A stretch of 62,851 bases of DNA, from positions 1 to 62,851 of the forward strand of contig JAYSQM010000081.1 of assembly GCA_043721575.1 (NCBI GenBank). Reading direction: 5' to 3'. Source of the DNA: Phycicoccus sp. Its GTDB lineage: Bacteria > Actinomycetota > Actinomycetes > Actinomycetales > Dermatophilaceae. Position numbers and translations under genes: made by a program. Positions 58,501 to 62,851 of the stretch are shown one piece after another. Position 1 is the stretch's first letter; each line of letters opens with the position of its first letter. The notes beneath the pieces were generated by a model that was given only the letters and a program-made list of their open reading frames with translations, was not told the DNA's origin and did not search any database.

Positions 58501-59249
58501 CAGGCACCTCCCGCTCCGCGGCGTGCCTCACTGCGTGCCTCACGGCGGTCGAGCCCTTCCAGAGCGGTGAGCGCCTGCGTGAGGATCGCCTCGGCGTACC
58601 GGGACGCTGCGTCCTCGTCACGGCGTGAGATCGCCTGCGCCAGCTCGGAATGCGACAGCTTGTCGGCACGGTCCGCGGCCAGCAGGTCGTCCATCAGGTC
58701 TGGTTGGGCGTCGATCATCTGGAGCAGGCTGTTGAGCGCGAGCCGGAAGGCCACGTTGCCGCCGGCGTCGACGACCTCGCTCCAGAACGCGCGGTCAGCA
58801 CCATCTGATGACGTGTTTTCATGCCCGTACGTCCTGGCAGCGGCCTGAATGCGCCGGCGCGCGGCTCCGCATCCGCGCCGCGCGGCCAGGCGTGCCGCCT
58901 CGACCCCGATGCACCGCCGCATCTCCAGGCCATCACGCAGGAGCTCGCGTCCCGGCTCCTGGTCCGCTCGGGCCAGGTGGCCCAGCAGGTCCAGCCCGGC
59001 AGTCCGACGGACATCGAGCACGCGGGTTCCGCCGCCATGCACCACGTGAACGAAGCCCGCCTCCTGAAGACGCTTGACCGCTTCACGAACGGCGTGCCGG
59101 TTGACGGCGAACGACTGTGCCAGCTCACGCTCGGGCGGCAACGAGTCGCCCGGGCCGAAACGACCCGCCAGCACAGCGTCACGCAGCTCCGCGAAGATGC
59201 CGTCGGACAGTGACTGGCGGGCAACGGGAAGGAACTCGTCTACGGGCAT
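58500..59249 (-). CDS. GntR family (FadR/FCD subfamily) transcriptional regulator
   Basis: Winged-helix segment LPPERELAQSFAVNRHAVREAVKRL and a helical FCD-like C-terminus. Its stop overlaps the desaturase start. Confidence 0.88.
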   Translation of the reverse strand: MPVDEFLPVARQSLSDGIFAELRDAVLAGRFGPGDSLPPERELAQSFAVNRHAVREAVKRLQEAGFVHVVHGGGTRVLDVRRTAGLDLLGHLARADQEPGRELLRDGLEMRRCIGVEAARLAARRGCGAARRRIQAAARTYGHENTSSDGADRAFWSEVVDAGGNVAFRLALNSLLQMIDAQPDLMDDLLAADRADKLSHSELAQAISRRDEDAASRYAEAILTQALTALEGLDRREARSEARRGAGGA

Positions 59250-59333
59250 GGCGCGAGACTAGATGCCTTTAGGTCCAGTCATCAAGAGGTTGTACCAATT
59301 ATTCTCGACCCTCGGCGTGGCGACAGCGCGGCC
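59250..59333 (-). promoter_or_regulatory. gntR upstream region: putative leaderless promoter and a FadR-like half-palindromic box
   Basis: On the minus strand, TTGATG (59285-59280) and TAGTCT (59261-59256) are separated by an 18-nt spacer, and the -10 ends 6 nt before the ATG. TGGTACAACCT (59297-59287) resembles the TGGTnnnACCA FadR-type operator. The GC content drops locally. Confidence 0.35.
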
Positions 59334-61235
59334 TCAGCTCCGCCGCAGGACGGGGGTCAGAGCCTCCAGCACCGACGCGTCCTCGATGGTGCTGGGAACT
59401 GCCGGAGAGCCGCCATCGGCGATCTGTCGCATGGTCTTGCGCAGGATCTTGCCCGACCGGGTCTTGGGCAACGCCACGACGACGTCGACCAGACGCAGCG
59501 CCGCGAGCGCGCCGACCTCGTCACGGACCCGCTGGACCAACTCGGCCCGCAGTGCCTCCACAGCGCCCTCCCCCGAGACGTCGACGCCGGCCTTCAGGAC
59601 CACGAGCGCCCGGGGCACCTGCCCCTTGAGCTGGTCGGCCACCCCGATCACTGCGCACTCGGCCACTGCCGGGTGACCGGCCAGTGCCGCCTCGAGCGAT
59701 CCGGTGGACAGGCGATGTCCAGCCACGTTCAGCACGTCGTCGGTACGGCCCATGACGAAGAGATACCCGTCCTCGTCGAGATAGCCTCCGTCGCCGGTCA
59801 GGTAGTAGCCCTCGAACGTCGAGAGGTACTCCGAGACGTAGCGCTCGTCGTCCCGCCACAGCGTGGGCAACGTGCCGGGCGGCAGGGGGAGCTTGAGGCA
59901 GATCGCCCCCTCCACCCCGGGCTCCACCTGCTCCCCTCGCTCGTCGAGGACATGCACGTCGTAGCCCGGAACCGGCACCGTTGGCGACCCCGGCTTGACC
60001 GAAAGACGTTCCAGACCAATGGGGTTGGCCGCGATCGGCCAACCGGTCTCGGTCTGCCACCAGTTGTCGATCACCGGTATACCGAGGCGTTGCCCTGCCC
60101 AGGCGTACGTGTCCGGGTCGAGACGCTCCCCTGCCAGGAACAGCGTGCGCAGCTTCGAGAGGTCGTGGCCGGCAAGGAACGCGCCGTCAGGGTCCTCCTT
60201 CTTTACTGCACGGATCGCCGTCGGAGCCGTGAACAGTGCCGAGACGCCGTACTGCGCGGCCACCCGCCACAAGGCCCCCGCGTCAGGCGTGCCCACCGGC
60301 TTGCCCTCGTAGAGCACCGTCGTACAACCGGCCAGCAACGGCGCATACACGATGTAGGAATGGCCCACCACCCAGCCGACGTCACTGGCCGCCCAGAACA
60401 CCTCACCCTGGTTCATCCCGAACACGTTGCTCATCGACCAGTTCAGCGCCACGGCGTGGCCACCGTTGTCACGCACGATGCCCTTGGGCCGGCCCGTGGT
60501 CCCCGAGGTGTAGAGGATGTAGAGCGGGTCCGTCGCCTCGACGGGCACACACTCGGACAGTGTCATCTGGTTCGGATCCATCAGGACGGACCAGTCGAGG
60601 TCGCGTGGCCCCATCGCCGCCACGGCCTGTTCCCTCTGCAGCACCACACAGTAGTCGGGCTTGTGCGCTGATCGCTCGATGGCCGCATCGAGCATCGGCT
60701 TGTACGCCACCACCCGCGAGGGCTCGATCCCGCACGAGGCCGTCACCACCACCTTCGGCGCGGCGTCCTCGATCCGGGCGGCCAGCTCGGCAGGGGCGAA
60801 ACCACCGAACACCACCGAGTGGACCGCCCCGATCCTGGCGCAGGCCAGCATCGCCACGACGGCCTCGGGAATCATCGGCATGTAGATGACCACGCGATCA
60901 CCCTTGCCGACGCCGAGCCCCCGCAACGCGCCACCGAACCTGGACACCTGGTCGAGCAGCTCGACGTAGGTCAGTGTGCGCGAGGTCCCGGTCACCGGGC
61001 TGTCGTAGTGCAGCGCCGGCTGGTCACCCCGGCCGGCGATCACGTGCCGGTCGAGGGCGTTGAAGCAGGTGTTGAGTCGGCCGCCGCGGAACCACCGGTA
61101 GAACGGCGGTCGGGAGTCGTCCAGCACCTGAGCGGGTGCGGTGATCCAGTCGACGCCGCGGGCAGCCTCTCCCCAGAACCCTTCCGGGTCCTGGATGCTA
61201 CGGCGATGGGCGCGCGCATACGTACCGTCCGTCAT
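59334..61235 (-). CDS. acetyl/propionyl-CoA synthetase (AMP-forming)
   Basis: YTSGTTGRPKG, GDGGYLDEDGYLFVMGRTDDVLNVAGHRLS and LPKTRSGKILRK motifs. The start is ATG 61235 or GTG 61256. Confidence 0.9.
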   Translation of the reverse strand: MTDGTYARAHRRSIQDPEGFWGEAARGVDWITAPAQVLDDSRPPFYRWFRGGRLNTCFNALDRHVIAGRGDQPALHYDSPVTGTSRTLTYVELLDQVSRFGGALRGLGVGKGDRVVIYMPMIPEAVVAMLACARIGAVHSVVFGGFAPAELAARIEDAAPKVVVTASCGIEPSRVVAYKPMLDAAIERSAHKPDYCVVLQREQAVAAMGPRDLDWSVLMDPNQMTLSECVPVEATDPLYILYTSGTTGRPKGIVRDNGGHAVALNWSMSNVFGMNQGEVFWAASDVGWVVGHSYIVYAPLLAGCTTVLYEGKPVGTPDAGALWRVAAQYGVSALFTAPTAIRAVKKEDPDGAFLAGHDLSKLRTLFLAGERLDPDTYAWAGQRLGIPVIDNWWQTETGWPIAANPIGLERLSVKPGSPTVPVPGYDVHVLDERGEQVEPGVEGAICLKLPLPPGTLPTLWRDDERYVSEYLSTFEGYYLTGDGGYLDEDGYLFVMGRTDDVLNVAGHRLSTGSLEAALAGHPAVAECAVIGVADQLKGQVPRALVVLKAGVDVSGEGAVEALRAELVQRVRDEVGALAALRLVDVVVALPKTRSGKILRKTMRQIADGGSPAVPSTIEDASVLEALTPVLRRS

Positions 61236-61336
61236 ACCGGCATCTTCGTCCCTCACGCACGGTCAGACCACACCTGCCACCACACGGTGCGACGAACCGT
61301 CGCCTTCGCGCGATGAACGGCACAGCCGTCAGGGAC

Positions 61337-62851
61337 TCAGCTCGCCCGGAACTGGTCGATGAATATGTCGTCACCCACGGGCGCGGTACCTCCCGATGAA
61401 ACCTGGATGCCGGTTAAGGATGTCGTCCCCCGTGTCAGGGGGACGCGGGAAAACAGCCGACCGTTGACATAGACCCAGGCGGCGGAGGTGTTCGCGTTGA
61501 TACGGATCCCAGCCCAACCGGTCTTCTGGACCAGCCCGGGGGCGGACAGGTTGACCCAGCGCGACCCGGTCCAGCGACGCAGACTTCCATCGGGGAATAC
61601 GCCGAGGTGCAACGCACGCTGGTAGGTGCCGCCCCGACGCCCCTCGAGCGAGATCAGGAAGGCGGAGGCGATGCGGTTGGGCCTGAGACTGAGCTCGAGG
61701 CTGCGGGTCGTGCGTTGCGGCAGACCCAGCGCCATCACCGCTGCGGCACGCGGCGACGTGTCGTTGAGGCGTACCGCCCGGTCACTGTCCAGTCCAACGC
61801 CCCCGGAGGCGACGGTCACGAGGGGCATCCCTGCGGGCAGGACCACGAACCCCTGCGGGGCCTTGCCGACGAGGTCATCCTCGAACGTGCTGGCGTTGGT
61901 GCGTAGCTGCATCTCGCCGAGAGCGGTGACACCGCCGATACCGGTGACCCGCACGCGGACGTATCGGGCAGCGCTGCCGGCTGGGAATGGGCGCGCGGTC
62001 AGCGAGGGGTAGTGGCCCGAGCTGACCCAGCCGGCGACGGTGCGCCAGGTACGTCCGTCGTTGGACAGGTCGATCGCCGCCGAGCCGCGGTCGCGGGGCA
62101 GCGCGATCGAGGCGCCGGTCAGGACGTTCGTACCGCCGAGGTCGATCTGGTAGAAGCCGTCGTTGGCATAGCGGACCGCAGCCGACGAGGGGTCGACGCT
62201 GCCGTCGATGGCAGCCGCCGGGCCGGCAGCGGCGGTGGGACGGTCCGTGAGGTTCGTGACCACGTTGAGCGAGCCGTTGAGGTAGCGGGTGCGCAGGTCG
62301 ATCCGTTTGGTGTCCGAAGGGCGCAGCTCGATGGTCCTGGCCCAGATGCCGACCTTGTGGAGCCCGCTTCCAGCGGGGAAACACCAGTTGGATCCGTAGT
62401 CACCCACCTGAAGCGCAGTGGTCTCGGTCAACGGCACGATGCTGGTGTAGCCGCTCGAGGTCCCTGCCTTGGTGACTGTCAGGTTGCTCCAGGTCGTGCC
62501 GTTTCCGTCCTCGGAGACGAGAATCTTGTTCCCAGGGCGACCGTAGCTGAGTATCAGCTGACCCCCCGGCATGCTGGTGAGGCGCGGGTCAGCGCTCGAC
62601 ACGTTGTAGACATCGAGCCCAGCTCCAACCAACGATTGTGCTGGGGTCCAGCTCGCGCCGTCGTCACTGGATCGGGAGGTCATCAGACCTGCGCCCTGGC
62701 GCGACCCGTTGCAGACGCTGGGATTGACCGGCGCGCTCTGACGCATGACCACGACCAGGTCTCCGTTGGCTGCCCTGGCCATGGTCGGCTCGGACCGGCC
62801 CTCGATCCTCCACCCGGCAGGCGTCGTCGCGATGGTCGAAACGATCCGCCA
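61337..62851 (-). CDS. BNR/sialidase-like beta-propeller protein with F5/8-type-C-like and LamG-like C-terminal domains (5' end outside the window)
   Basis: The reading frame stays open to the window edge. BNR motifs SSDDGASW and SEDGNGTTW are present. The middle segment (IDLSNDGRTWRTV...YVRVRVTG) looks discoidin-like, and the C-terminus looks like a concanavalin/LamG fold. Confidence 0.7.
   Translation of the reverse strand, partial: WRIVSTIATTPAGWRIEGRSEPTMARAANGDLVVVMRQSAPVNPSVCNGSRQGAGLMTSRSSDDGASWTPAQSLVGAGLDVYNVSSADPRLTSMPGGQLILSYGRPGNKILVSEDGNGTTWSNLTVTKAGTSSGYTSIVPLTETTALQVGDYGSNWCFPAGSGLHKVGIWARTIELRPSDTKRIDLRTRYLNGSLNVVTNLTDRPTAAAGPAAAIDGSVDPSSAAVRYANDGFYQIDLGGTNVLTGASIALPRDRGSAAIDLSNDGRTWRTVAGWVSSGHYPSLTARPFPAGSAARYVRVRVTGIGGVTALGEMQLRTNASTFEDDLVGKAPQGFVVLPAGMPLVTVASGGVGLDSDRAVRLNDTSPRAAAVMALGLPQRTTRSLELSLRPNRIASAFLISLEGRRGGTYQRALHLGVFPDGSLRRWTGSRWVNLSAPGLVQKTGWAGIRINANTSAAWVYVNGRLFSRVPLTRGTTSLTGIQVSSGGTAPVGDDIFIDQFRAS

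Overview
This is a high-GC actinobacterial chromosomal segment. Hand counts of sample lines give about 57-75 % GC, typically about 70 %. I call 56 protein genes and one tRNA-Ala(GGC). I saw no rRNA, CRISPR array, transposase, integrase or prophage genes. Most genes lie on the minus strand in tightly packed operons, and many are translationally coupled through ATGA, GTGA or TGATG overlaps.

Core blocks, in an order that resembles Mycobacterium and Nocardioides from memory:
- trmB and lepA
- tRNA-Ala, histidine phosphatase, rsfS and nadD
- proA, proB, obg, rpmA, rplU and rne
- a split radical-SAM pair, an acyl-CoA ligase, then ribF, truB, rbfA, infB, ylxR, nusA and rimP
- proS, HAD and TauE
- GNAT, ispG, the rip site-2 protease and dxr

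Accessory or metabolic blocks:
- 2850-8285: two MFS transporters, a kinase-like protein, an FMN-dependent hydroxy-acid oxidase and an orphan PemK/MazF-like protein, lying next to the tRNA.
- 46062-57633: an agmatine/putrescine utilisation island. One operon carries aldH, potDABC, an FAD oxidoreductase and agmatinase. A divergent operon carries lrp, an aminotransferase and a second FAD oxidoreductase.
- 57676-61235: gntR, a desaturase and an acyl-CoA synthetase.
- Right edge: a partial BNR/sialidase-like secreted protein.

I did not find a convincing multi-gene system that is clearly new. The items most worth a second look:
- a stand-alone DnaB C-terminal-domain ATPase at a synteny break upstream of dxr
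- the functionally uncharacterised radical-SAM/DUF2344 pair directly upstream of RNase E
- an antitoxin-less PemK-like gene with an N-terminal extension
- a 17-bp perfect inverted repeat with a nested palindrome in the rip-ispG spacer

All family assignments come from motif recognition by eye. No searches were run.
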